From: Candidatus Kuenenia stuttgartensis
GTDB lineage: Bacteria > Planctomycetota > Brocadiia > Brocadiales > Brocadiaceae
Direction of reading: 5' to 3'
DNA length: 32,000 bases
Assembly: GCF_900232105.1 (NCBI RefSeq)
Contig: NZ_LT934425.1
Location: 2,070,001-2,102,000, forward strand
The position numbers were made by a program, and so were the translations under genes. Positions 16,936 through 25,854 of this stretch are shown in pieces (position 1 is the stretch's first letter; each line of letters starts with the position of its first letter). Below the pieces are notes generated by a model. It saw only the letters and a list, made by a program, of their open reading frames with translations. It was not told the origin of the DNA and searched no databases.

Positions 16936-17418
16936 TTACAAAAACTCTTTTTTTATGCTGGTAACAATTGCTTCCGGGGATTGAATAATGTCGACAACGA
17001 AGGCGTCTTCCGGTTCTTCCAACGTTTCAAACTGGCTTAAAAGAAGGTTTTCGTTCAAAAAATGCCCCTTCCGCCTATTTAACCTTTGACATATGAGTTC
17101 CCGTTCCCCTTTTAAATATACAAACCGGACAGATTCATGCTTATCTGCCAAAAACCTGCGATATGATTGCTTGAGGGCAGAACAGGCAATAACGGCATGC
17201 TCTTTCTTTGCTATTGTTTTTTCAATGATTTTTTGCAAGACCTCTAACCATGGCATTCTTTCTGCATCTGTTAAGGCAATTCCCTTTTTAAGATTTTCAA
17301 TATTTGAAGGAGGATGATAATCATCGCCGTCGTAAAATGTCCATCCAAGATCATCGGCAAGAATACGCCCGATTGTTGTCTTGCCGGAACCCGATACACC
17401 CATTAAAATAATAATCAT
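16936..17418 (-). CDS. gntK: Gluconokinase
   Basis: MGVSGSGKTTIG is the P-loop. FYDGDDYHPPSNIENLKKGIALTDAERMPWL, ACSALKQSYR, YLKG and RKGHF match the GntK/IdnK pattern. Confidence 0.9.
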   Translation of the reverse strand: MIIILMGVSGSGKTTIGRILADDLGWTFYDGDDYHPPSNIENLKKGIALTDAERMPWLEVLQKIIEKTIAKKEHAVIACSALKQSYRRFLADKHESVRFVYLKGERELICQRLNRRKGHFLNENLLLSQFETLEEPEDAFVVDIIQSPEAIVTSIKKEFL

Positions 17419-17521
17419 GTACCTGTTTCGTCTGTAGTAAAAAACAATAGTGACCGGATATCAAAGGGTGTTTTTTTCGTCATAATATTACTCCTCATTT
17501 TTTAATACTTCCGCCGCAAGG

Positions 17522-18916
17522 TTAGGTCATAGACTTGGGAGATAATAATGTATCCACCTGCGCTTTCGTAAGTATCTTTTTCTCGAGGATAATTTCCTTT
17601 ACAGACCGCCCGGTTTTCATAGACTCCTTCACTACTTCCGCAGCATTTGCATAACCAATAATTGGGTTTAATATCGTAACAATCCCCAAACTTTTCACTG
17701 CATAATCCTCACACTTCTCCTTATTTACGGTAATCCCCCGCACACATTTTTCATCAAACACTTTCACGGCGTTTGTAAGGATTAAAATAGAATCCAGTAT
17801 TTTATGCTGAATCAACGGCATCATGACGTTTAATTCAAATTGACCCGCCTGTGCTGCAAGCATGATTGATGTGTCGTTGCCAATAACTGAAAAACACACC
17901 ATCGTTAACATTTCCGGAATAACGGGATTGACCTTGCCTGGCATAATAGAAGATCCGGGTTGTACCGCAGGCAGGTTAATTTCCGCCAGTCCCGTATTTG
18001 GCCCGGAATTCATCAGCCGCAAATCATTAGCGATGCGTATCAGCTCCACGGACAAAGCGCGAAGCGCCCCGGAAAATTCCACAAACGGCCTGTTGCTTTG
18101 CATGGCTTCAAAACGGTTTTTTGATGCGACAATATCAAGTCCGGTAATCTCTCTCAGATATTCAATCATCTTCGGTATATACCCTGGAGGTGTATTGATG
18201 CCGGTACCCGCAGCGCTTCCCCCTATGCCTGATTCCTTCAATGATTCACCTGCCTTTTCAATACCCATGTTTGCTTTCCGCAAAGATTCTTTATACCCGG
18301 AAAATTCCTGCCCCAGACGAATGGGAACAGCGTCCTGCAGGTGTGTGCGGCCTGATTTCACAATAGTGTCAAATGCCTTTGCTTTAAGGTCAAATGAATC
18401 CGTTAAATCAGATACATTTGCAATCAGTTTTCTTGATGAAAGCAACGCGGCTATGCGCATGGCGGTGGGATATACATCATTTGTGGATTGTCCGCAGTTT
18501 ACGTGGTCATTTGGATGAACAAGAGAGTAGTCGCCTTTTTCCCCGCCCAGCATTTCAATCGCAATATTGGCAATTACTTCATTCACATTCATATGGTGTG
18601 ATGTCCCTGCCCCTGCCTGATAAACATCAACACAAAACTGTTCCTGAAACTCGCCTTTCAATATGCGGTCGCATGCTTCAGTAATCGCCTCGCCAATTTT
18701 TCTGTCAAGGCGCCCTGTTTCGCTATTTACCATGGCAGCGGCCTTTTTGACGTAAACAATTGCAGTGGTAAAAATTGGCTGGGACGTACTGTCACTAATT
18801 GGAAAGTTTTCGATAGCCCTTGCTGTTTGTACGCCATAATAGGCATTCGCAGGTATTTTCATCTCGCCCAGATAATCTTTTTCTTTTCGAAACGATATTG
18901 TTTGTTTATCGCTCAT
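17522..18916 (-). CDS. aspA: Aspartate ammonia-lyase
   Basis: Motifs are DYLGEMKIPANAYYGVQTARAIENFPIS, VDVYQAGAGTSHHMNVNEVIAN, PNDHVNCGQSTNDVYPT and the signature GSSIMPGKVNP. I preferred the ATG at 18916 (MSDKQ) over the track's TTG at 18940. Confidence 0.88.
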   Translation of the reverse strand: MSDKQTISFRKEKDYLGEMKIPANAYYGVQTARAIENFPISDSTSQPIFTTAIVYVKKAAAMVNSETGRLDRKIGEAITEACDRILKGEFQEQFCVDVYQAGAGTSHHMNVNEVIANIAIEMLGGEKGDYSLVHPNDHVNCGQSTNDVYPTAMRIAALLSSRKLIANVSDLTDSFDLKAKAFDTIVKSGRTHLQDAVPIRLGQEFSGYKESLRKANMGIEKAGESLKESGIGGSAAGTGINTPPGYIPKMIEYLREITGLDIVASKNRFEAMQSNRPFVEFSGALRALSVELIRIANDLRLMNSGPNTGLAEINLPAVQPGSSIMPGKVNPVIPEMLTMVCFSVIGNDTSIMLAAQAGQFELNVMMPLIQHKILDSILILTNAVKVFDEKCVRGITVNKEKCEDYAVKSLGIVTILNPIIGYANAAEVVKESMKTGRSVKEIILEKKILTKAQVDTLLSPKSMT

Positions 18917-18936
18917 TTTGAAATTATAAGGATTTC

Positions 18937-18956
18937 TCAAAAAACTAAAGTGTTAC
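18937..18956 (+). repeat. Dispersed motif R3 copy c (TCAAAAAACTAAAGTGTTAC)
   Basis: It matches 538-556 and 8419-8437. It lies 21 nt upstream of the aspA start, on the opposite strand to that gene. Confidence 0.6.
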
Positions 18957-19005
18957 CAACTATTACCCATACGGTGAAATGCAATGATTTCCCTCTTGCC
19001 GTCAT

Positions 19006-19710
19006 TTAAGGAAGAATCTTCGCAACTGCCTGCCAAATCGTATCTGCAATGACATGCTCCGGCAATAAGGTGTTGTTTTTTGTGCAATCAACGGTTTTCC
19101 AATTAGGTTTCCCCTTTGCAATTTCTATAAAAGTTTCCTGTGCGGATTTCATATGATGCATATCTTCTTCGTGGATGTCTTTTTTTGCACCGGCAAGATA
19201 TTCGCGTTGCCCTTTCTTTTCTACAAGGAAATAGGCAATTTCTGCAGGTACATAAAGCAGTATACTGAGATGCGGACGTGGGATTCCAAAAACTGTATGT
19301 TCCAGTTGGTCCAACCATTGGAAGAATTGTGCCCTTTCTTCCGAATTCTTTATTTTTCCACCCTGATGAGCCATATTATCACACACATACCGGTTCGATA
19401 TAATTATTTTCCCTGCATCAATCCATGTCTGTATCTGATCTTTTTTTTCAAAGCGATCCCCTGCGTAAAGGATAGAGGCAAGGTACGGGCTTACAGCATC
19501 CGCTGCGCCGAAGCTACCCCTTAAATATTTTGCAACCATTTCGGCAAAGAAGGTCTTGCCGTATTGGGGGAAATCGATAGTCGCCACGGGATATCCCTCT
19601 TTAAGCAATCTTTCGTAAAGAAGTTTTGTTTGAACCGTTTTGCCGCTTCCGTCAATACCGGTAATAACGATAAGTTTTCCCTGCATAATACATTCTCCGT
19701 ATTGTGCCAT
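19006..19710 (-). CDS. tmk: Thymidylate kinase, type I (eukaryote/archaea-like pattern)
   Basis: GIDGSGKT is the P-loop. DFPQYGKTFFAEMVAKYL, ILYAGDRFE, ISNRYVCDNMAHQGGK and NWKTVDC also fit. The start could instead be the ATG at 19686 (MQGKLIVITG). Confidence 0.8.
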   Translation of the reverse strand: MAQYGECIMQGKLIVITGIDGSGKTVQTKLLYERLLKEGYPVATIDFPQYGKTFFAEMVAKYLRGSFGAADAVSPYLASILYAGDRFEKKDQIQTWIDAGKIIISNRYVCDNMAHQGGKIKNSEERAQFFQWLDQLEHTVFGIPRPHLSILLYVPAEIAYFLVEKKGQREYLAGAKKDIHEEDMHHMKSAQETFIEIAKGKPNWKTVDCTKNNTLLPEHVIADTIWQAVAKILP

Positions 19711-19764
19711 TTTTATAATGGTCTTCTATCGTTTTGTGGAAAATATTTTGCTACTCCGGAATAA

Positions 19765-21216
19765 TCATCCTTTGATAACACACAACGGTTTCAACTGCGC
19801 AACTTTCTTGCTGATGCCTGCGTGTTGCACGACATCCACTACCTTCGTCACATCCTTGTATGCATCAGATAGTTCCTCCTCCAGAGTAGCGCGGCTGTCT
19901 GCGCGGACGAGTATCCCTTTTTCTTTCAGTTCCTGTGCGATACTCCGGCCCTTGGCCACCTTTGTAGCCTGATTTCTGCTCATGACCCGCCCCGCCCCGT
20001 GACACGTACTGCCGAAGGTATCGGAATATGCCTTCTCCGTGCCGACAAGCACATAGGAACAACGTCCCATGTCGCCCGGTATGAATACCGGCTGGCCTAC
20101 TGCTTTGTATGCGGCAGGAGTGTCGGGGTGGTTTGGAGGAAATGCGCGGGTAGCGCCTTTCCGGTGAACACACAGCCGCTTTTTCTGCCCATTCACGAGA
20201 TGGTCTTCAAATTTGGCGATATTGTGACAGGCATCATACACCAGCGATATCCTGGATTCCTTAGGACTTACGTGCAATGCCCTCTCAAAGGATTCCCTAA
20301 CCCAGTGGGTAATCATCTGCCGGTTGGCAAAGGCATAATTGGCTGCACAGGCCATTGCTGCAAAGTAATCCCGCCCTTCCGGAGAATTAATCGGAGCGCA
20401 GCATAGCTGCCGGTCAGGCAGTTCAATATTATATTTTCCGGATGCTCTAATCATTACTTTAATAAAGTCATCACACACCTGATAACCCAATCCCCTGGAC
20501 CCCGTGTGTATCATAATAGTAATACCGTCCTTTTCGAGCCCTAACGTGCGGGCAATTTTTTCGTCGAAAATCTCCGATACGTAGCCAACTTCGACAAAGT
20601 GGTTGCCGGAACCGAGGGTGCCTAACTGTGCCAGCCCCCGCTCAATTGCCCTGGTGGAAACCAGTTCCGGATCTGCTCCAAAGATGCATCCCTTTTCTTC
20701 GATATGTTCTAAATCTTCTTTTGATCCATAGCCGTGAGAAACCGCCCATTGTGCGCCGTTTTTGAGTACATTTTTTACTTCATGTTGTGATAGTTTCAAA
20801 TCCTTGCGATGCGACCCCACGCCGGAGGGAATGTTGACAAACAGGCTATCAACAATGGACTCCAGTTTGCCGGAAATCTCCACTCGACACAATCCCGTTT
20901 TGAGCAATCTTACCCCGCAGTTAATGTCGTAGCCTACTCCTCCAGGGGATACCACGCCATCCTCCATATCAAACGCAGCCACACCACCGATGGGGAAGCC
21001 GTATCCCCAATGAATATCGGGCATTCCAAGTGAATGACCAACTATTCCAGGTAGACATGCGACATTTATTACCTGTTGCAGACTTTCGTCTTTTTGTATT
21101 TCCTTCATCATCGATTCGTCGGCATATACGATGCCATCCACGTGCATCTTTCCTTCTCTGAGAATACGCCAACGGTAATCATCTATCTTTTGTATTTTGT
21201 AGTTGCGTTCATTCAT
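19765..21216 (-). CDS. rtcB: RNA-splicing ligase RtcB (3'-phosphate/5'-OH RNA ligase)
   Basis: Motifs are GYDINCGVRL, GSGNHFVEVG, HTGSRGLG, CHNIA and STCHGAGR. Confidence 0.95.
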   Translation of the reverse strand: MNERNYKIQKIDDYRWRILREGKMHVDGIVYADESMMKEIQKDESLQQVINVACLPGIVGHSLGMPDIHWGYGFPIGGVAAFDMEDGVVSPGGVGYDINCGVRLLKTGLCRVEISGKLESIVDSLFVNIPSGVGSHRKDLKLSQHEVKNVLKNGAQWAVSHGYGSKEDLEHIEEKGCIFGADPELVSTRAIERGLAQLGTLGSGNHFVEVGYVSEIFDEKIARTLGLEKDGITIMIHTGSRGLGYQVCDDFIKVMIRASGKYNIELPDRQLCCAPINSPEGRDYFAAMACAANYAFANRQMITHWVRESFERALHVSPKESRISLVYDACHNIAKFEDHLVNGQKKRLCVHRKGATRAFPPNHPDTPAAYKAVGQPVFIPGDMGRCSYVLVGTEKAYSDTFGSTCHGAGRVMSRNQATKVAKGRSIAQELKEKGILVRADSRATLEEELSDAYKDVTKVVDVVQHAGISKKVAQLKPLCVIKG

Positions 21217-21286
21217 AATATCTCCGGTTTTTCTTTTAATGATAATAATTGAAGCTTACTCTGGTTTTAAGAGCAGATTTATCTGG

Positions 21287-21703
21287 CTATAAATCGAAAA
21301 TAACACGTGCTCTCCAGCGGCTGTTTTCTTGTTTTATTACCAGATTATGATGGGTTACTGCCTTTATCGCTGTTTTAATAACGTGCCTCTTTTCATCCAA
21401 TAGTTCGCCATGTATTGTTGCCTTTAACTGAAGGTCATTCATATCGTTAATGTAAAATTCTTTAAACAGCATATTTTTTATTTCATGCAAATATAATAAT
21501 TCGCTCAGCCAGTTTACGAGCAATTGTTCTTTGTCAATTCCATCCACAGCAATGATACGTGTATCTTTTTTTTCGACAGTGGAGAGATCGGCGATTATAT
21601 CAAACATGGCGAATGCGGCATTTGAGAATAATTGCGGCATTGTATCTCCGAAGATATCAATACCGATGTCTGCAGTATGATCTATTAATTTGTATTTAAG
21701 CAT
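21287..21703 (-). CDS. Archease (RtcB activator family)
   Basis: YKLIDHTADIGIDIFG at the N-terminus and IKAVTHHNLVIKQ...WRARVIFDL at the C-terminus fit the family, as does the length of 138 aa. Confidence 0.88.
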   Translation of the reverse strand: MLKYKLIDHTADIGIDIFGDTMPQLFSNAAFAMFDIIADLSTVEKKDTRIIAVDGIDKEQLLVNWLSELLYLHEIKNMLFKEFYINDMNDLQLKATIHGELLDEKRHVIKTAIKAVTHHNLVIKQENSRWRARVIFDL

Positions 21704-21786
21704 GATAGTAAGATTGATTTTACATTGTTGTTGTGTAAAAATTTTTGGTTGCAGCGCAGCCGTGTTGTGCCAGATAAAAAGAATTT

Positions 21787-22260
21787 TTACGGCGATACAA
21801 AATCGTGTTCCGGATGCCGTATGGTAAGTACCGGGCAGGACGCTTTCCGCACCACTTTTTCCGCAACACTGCCCATAAAGACATGCGCCAAACCTGTTCT
21901 GCCATGAGTGCCGAGCACAATGAGATCCGTATTGTACTCCTTTGCCGTCCTGATAATTTCTGCAAACGGAACACCCTGGACAACGACCGCTTCTACGGAT
22001 ATCTTGCCTTGTGTTTCTTCGTTTACCGATTTAAGCAGCCTGGATTTCAGCATATCAATCGTTTCTTCGTTTATAATATTTGTAGTAACAGGGATGTAGG
22101 GCAATTCAGGGTTATTTACGTCAAGAAATCGTGTATCCAATACATGCAGCAGGTAAAGTTTTGCCTGAAATTTTGTTGCAAGTTCTATTGCATAGGCCAG
22201 CGCTTTTTCCGAATAGATGGAATAATCCACCGGGCAAAGGATGTTGTTTATAGTAATCAT
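21787..22260 (-). CDS. Universal stress protein (UspA family)
   Basis: Motifs are ILCPVDYS..SEKALAYA, LYLLHV and DLIVLGTHGRTGLAHVFMGSVAEKVVRKASCPVLTI. Confidence 0.9.
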   Translation of the reverse strand: MITINNILCPVDYSIYSEKALAYAIELATKFQAKLYLLHVLDTRFLDVNNPELPYIPVTTNIINEETIDMLKSRLLKSVNEETQGKISVEAVVVQGVPFAEIIRTAKEYNTDLIVLGTHGRTGLAHVFMGSVAEKVVRKASCPVLTIRHPEHDFVSP

Positions 22261-22275
22261 GATTTAGGCCTTTCA

Positions 22276-24666
22276 TTAAGGTTTTTGGGAAAGGACTACA
22301 TCTATTGCCTCGTCTATTTTTTCAATATAGACGCATTGAATCTTTTCCCGGATTTCCTTGTCGATTTCTTCGAAATCGTCTTTGTTTTTCAATGGCAATA
22401 CAATTGTTTTTACTCCCGCCCTTATAGCGGCGAGGATCTTTTCCTTTACCCCTCCTATAGGCAGCACGTTACCCGTTAAAGTAATCTCACCTGTGAGTGC
22501 AACCTCCCTTTTTGCAGGCCTGCAGGTAAGCAGCGAGATAAGTGCGATGCACATGGTAATGCCTGCTGACGGGCCATCCTTTGGTATTGCCCCAGAAGGT
22601 ACATGGATATGTATTTCCGATGTGTCATAGAAGGTTTCGTCGATGCCCAGTCGTTTCGCATTACTACGAATATAGCTGAGCGAGGCGATGGCGGACTCCT
22701 GCATGATATCACCCAGTAAACCGGTGAGGGTGAGTTGTTTTTCGCCCCGCATCCTGGATACCTCTATGAAAATAATGTCGCCGCCTGTTTCAGTCCACGC
22801 AAGGCCTGTGACCACTCCAATTTTATCTTCTTCCTCGGTTACCTGGTAAAAGAATTTTCGTGGGCCAAGAAATTTTTCAACCGTTTCCGGGAGTATAATT
22901 TTTGTGACCTGAGCTTCTCCCACGATTTCTTTTGCGATTTTTCTGCAGATCGAAGCAATTTCCCTTTCTAAATTTCTTAAACCAGCCTCCCGTGTATATT
23001 CCAGAACAATTTTGGTTATTGCAGCATCCTGAAAGTCTACAGGATATTTTTCCAGGCCGTTTTCTTTTATTTGCTTCGGAATGAGAAACTGGTGTGCAAT
23101 TTTCAGTTTTTCATCCTCGCTGTATCCTGAAAGATATATCACCTCCATACGGTCTCTTAATGCGACATGGACGGTATCAAGGATGTTTGCCGTAGTAATA
23201 AATAATACATCGGAAAGGTCAAAAGCCACGTCAAGATAATGATCAACGAAGCTGAAATTTTGCTCCGGGTCCAGCACTTCCAACAAGGCAGACGCCGGAT
23301 CTCCTCTGAAATCTTCGCCAATTTTATCTATTTCATCGAGCATGAATATCGGATTGCATGCTCCCGCACGGCAGATTTCCTGCATGATACGACCAGGAAG
23401 GGCGCCGACGTAGGTGCGCCTGTGTCCCCTGATTTCTGCTTCATCTCTTATTCCTCCCAGAGAGATGCGGATAAACTTTCTGCCAAGCGCACGTGCGATG
23501 GATTTGCCCAGCGAAGTTTTGCCTGTTCCAGTAGGGCCGCAAAAGCAAAGGATCGGTCCCTTTAATTTTTCTTTCAATTTGTGCACAGCGAGAAATTCGA
23601 GTATGCGTTCTTTCACTTTTTTCAGGTCATAGTGGTCTTCATCTAGAATTTTTGACGCCTGGTTAATATCGAGATTATCTACCGTTTTCTTATTCCAGGG
23701 GATATTGATAAGGTAGTCGAGGTATGTGCGTGAGACGGTATACTCCGGTGATGCGGGATTTATATCCCTTAACCGCTCCAATTCTTTGGTGGCAACAAGT
23801 TCTACCTCCTTTGGCATTTCCGCCTTTTTGATATTTTCTTCCAGTTTGATGAATTCCGCCATATGGGGTTCGTCTTTACCCAGCTCTTTTTGAATTGCCT
23901 TCATCTGCTCTTTTAAAAAAAATTCACGTTGCGCCTTTAACATTTCCTTGGCGACTTCGTCGTTTATTTTACCTTTTAGTTCCCGTACCTGAATGTCTTT
24001 GTTGAGATAATGAAATACTATCCGCAACCGCTTCTGAGGATCAACCATTTCCAGAAGTTTTTGTTTTTCGTCAATGTGCAAGTCCAGATATACGGTGACA
24101 AGGTCGGCCATGATGGATGGATTGTTTATGGTATCAATCATCGGGATAATGTCCTTGGGAAGTGCTTTTCCCAGCATTGCGCTCAATTTGAAAAGCGTTT
24201 TGACGCTTTGTATTAATACGTCTATCGTTTCAGATTTTTCCGAGAACTCCCGGAGTTCTTCGATTTTTGCCGTGCAATACGGTTCAGTTTGCGTATATTC
24301 CGTTACTTTTATTCTCATAAGGCCTTCAACAAGGCATTTTATAGTATCGGAAGTGGATTCGAATATCCTGACAACCTTTGACGCCGTGCCAATATCATAA
24401 AAGTCTTCATGTCTCGGAGAGGCGACATGGTATTTTAATACGACGATACCGATACATTCATTTTTTGCATGGGCTTCATTTATAGCCGTTATGAGTCCTT
24501 TTCCATATAATTCTATTACACGGACAAGCCGGGGAAATACTATGTCCTCTTTTACCGGAATAATGCTAATTATTTCGGGCAAAGGGATGCTATCGCCATT
24601 CTTGTGTAAAGTAAAAGTCGTTTTTTCCATAGAGGGGTTAAGTGAGTTGTTAAATGTAACCTGCAT
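22276..24666 (-). CDS. lon: ATP-dependent Lon protease (LonA)
   Basis: There is an N-terminal LON domain. The Walker A motif is GPTGTGKTS and Walker B is FMLDEIDK. The protease Ser is in PKDGPSAGITM and the Lys in GGVKEKILAA. The start could be the internal ATG at 24630. Confidence 0.95.
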   Translation of the reverse strand: MQVTFNNSLNPSMEKTTFTLHKNGDSIPLPEIISIIPVKEDIVFPRLVRVIELYGKGLITAINEAHAKNECIGIVVLKYHVASPRHEDFYDIGTASKVVRIFESTSDTIKCLVEGLMRIKVTEYTQTEPYCTAKIEELREFSEKSETIDVLIQSVKTLFKLSAMLGKALPKDIIPMIDTINNPSIMADLVTVYLDLHIDEKQKLLEMVDPQKRLRIVFHYLNKDIQVRELKGKINDEVAKEMLKAQREFFLKEQMKAIQKELGKDEPHMAEFIKLEENIKKAEMPKEVELVATKELERLRDINPASPEYTVSRTYLDYLINIPWNKKTVDNLDINQASKILDEDHYDLKKVKERILEFLAVHKLKEKLKGPILCFCGPTGTGKTSLGKSIARALGRKFIRISLGGIRDEAEIRGHRRTYVGALPGRIMQEICRAGACNPIFMLDEIDKIGEDFRGDPASALLEVLDPEQNFSFVDHYLDVAFDLSDVLFITTANILDTVHVALRDRMEVIYLSGYSEDEKLKIAHQFLIPKQIKENGLEKYPVDFQDAAITKIVLEYTREAGLRNLEREIASICRKIAKEIVGEAQVTKIILPETVEKFLGPRKFFYQVTEEEDKIGVVTGLAWTETGGDIIFIEVSRMRGEKQLTLTGLLGDIMQESAIASLSYIRSNAKRLGIDETFYDTSEIHIHVPSGAIPKDGPSAGITMCIALISLLTCRPAKREVALTGEITLTGNVLPIGGVKEKILAAIRAGVKTIVLPLKNKDDFEEIDKEIREKIQCVYIEKIDEAIDVVLSQKP

Positions 24667-24838
24667 TTTGCAAACCCTGTTGCATAATCAGGTTAGAAAA
24701 GGTAGAATTCCCATGGTATTAGAGAAGAAAAAAACATTTTAAAAAAATATGAGCCTGTTCGTTGTTGAATATAACACAAAAATACGGTCAAAAACAGCCA
24801 AAAAACAATACAGAAATGAGCGGAAAGGGATTTCCAAT

Positions 24839-24884
24839 CTCGTTCCCAGGCCGGAACTCCGGAACGAGCATTTTTATTTTTTCG
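24839..24884 (+). terminator. Terminator-like hairpin plus U-tract in the nadC leader
   Basis: CTCGTTCC (24839-46) pairs with GGAACGAG (24861-68), followed by CATTTTTATTTTTT. No gene on the + strand lies upstream. It ends 47 nt before the nadC ATG. Confidence 0.45.
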
Positions 24885-24930
24885 AAAACGAAAAGGATAC
24901 TTTTGTCGTAATTCAGGATAAATCATACGA

Positions 24931-25833
24931 ATGAATTTTGTACCGGAAAAGATAGATATACTTATTCAACTTGCGATTCGGGAAGATATTGGATCGGGTG
25001 ATATCACAACGGAAAGTATTTTCCCCCCGGATTTAACGGGTGAAGGGGAATTCCTCGCAAAGGAAGATGGGGTCATCGCAGGGTTACCTGTCGTTGAGCG
25101 CTTGTTTTCAAAAATTGACAAAAATATTCTTTTAAAAAAGGGTATTTCGGAGGGGATGTTTGTCAAAAAAGGCGATGTTATAGCTTCCGTCAATGGCAAT
25201 GTTCGTCCGATACTTTCCGGAGAAAGGATTGCTTTAAACTTCCTTCAGCGGCTTTCAGGTATTGCGACCCTTACTGCGCAATTTGTTGAAGAGGTGAAAC
25301 CCCTGAAGGTGGCGGTTATGGATACAAGAAAAACAGCTCCCGGCTGGCGTTATTTGGAAAAATATGCCGTTGCTATCGGAGGGGGAGTTAATCATAGAAT
25401 GGGTCTTTATGATCAGGTGCTGGTAAAAGATAACCACCTTGATTTTATGAAAAAAGAGTTGTTGGCGGAGGAAATTGCCGGTATCAGTGTCATCGAAAAA
25501 ACGGTCTCAATGCTAAGGAGGAAAATAGGGAATCACGTTTTAATTGAAATGGAGACGCGAACGTTATCTGAGGTGGAAGATGCGATCAAAGCGGATGTTG
25601 ACGTCATATTGCTTGACAACATGGACGCCGAAAAGATAAGGTCGGCTGTTTCGCTGGTCAAAAACGGGAAGTATTGTAAGGGAGCGCATCGTCCCCTTAC
25701 GGAGGCCTCCGGGAATATTACATTAGACAATGTGAAATCAATAGCACAGACAGGCGTTGACCGGATTTCTATCGGGGCACTTACCCACTCGGCAAAGGCG
25801 CTGGATATTTCGTTAAAAATCTCCCTGCAGTGA
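24931..25833 (+). CDS. nadC: Nicotinate-nucleotide pyrophosphorylase (carboxylating), quinolinate phosphoribosyltransferase
   Basis: Motifs are ERIALNFLQRLSGIATLT, DTRKTAPGWRYLEKYAVAIGGGVNHRMGLYD, VKDNH, LLDNM and ISIGALTHS. Confidence 0.93.
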   Translation: MNFVPEKIDILIQLAIREDIGSGDITTESIFPPDLTGEGEFLAKEDGVIAGLPVVERLFSKIDKNILLKKGISEGMFVKKGDVIASVNGNVRPILSGERIALNFLQRLSGIATLTAQFVEEVKPLKVAVMDTRKTAPGWRYLEKYAVAIGGGVNHRMGLYDQVLVKDNHLDFMKKELLAEEIAGISVIEKTVSMLRRKIGNHVLIEMETRTLSEVEDAIKADVDVILLDNMDAEKIRSAVSLVKNGKYCKGAHRPLTEASGNITLDNVKSIAQTGVDRISIGALTHSAKALDISLKISLQ

Positions 25834-25854
25834 GTGGTATTCTGTTATGGATGG

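Noticed and set aside
17862-18518. 218-aa ORF on the plus strand
   Set aside because: It is fully antisense to aspA, whose product carries unmistakable family signatures. This ORF has no motifs of its own.
21805-22479. 224-aa plus-strand ORF
   Set aside because: It is antisense to the Usp gene and the 3' end of lon, and has no motifs.
24749-24934. 61-aa ORF ending in an ATGA overlap with nadC
   Set aside because: It has no RBS, is K/N/E-rich and low in complexity, and is interrupted structurally by the terminator-like hairpin. I keep it only as an alternative explanation in the nadC leader finding.
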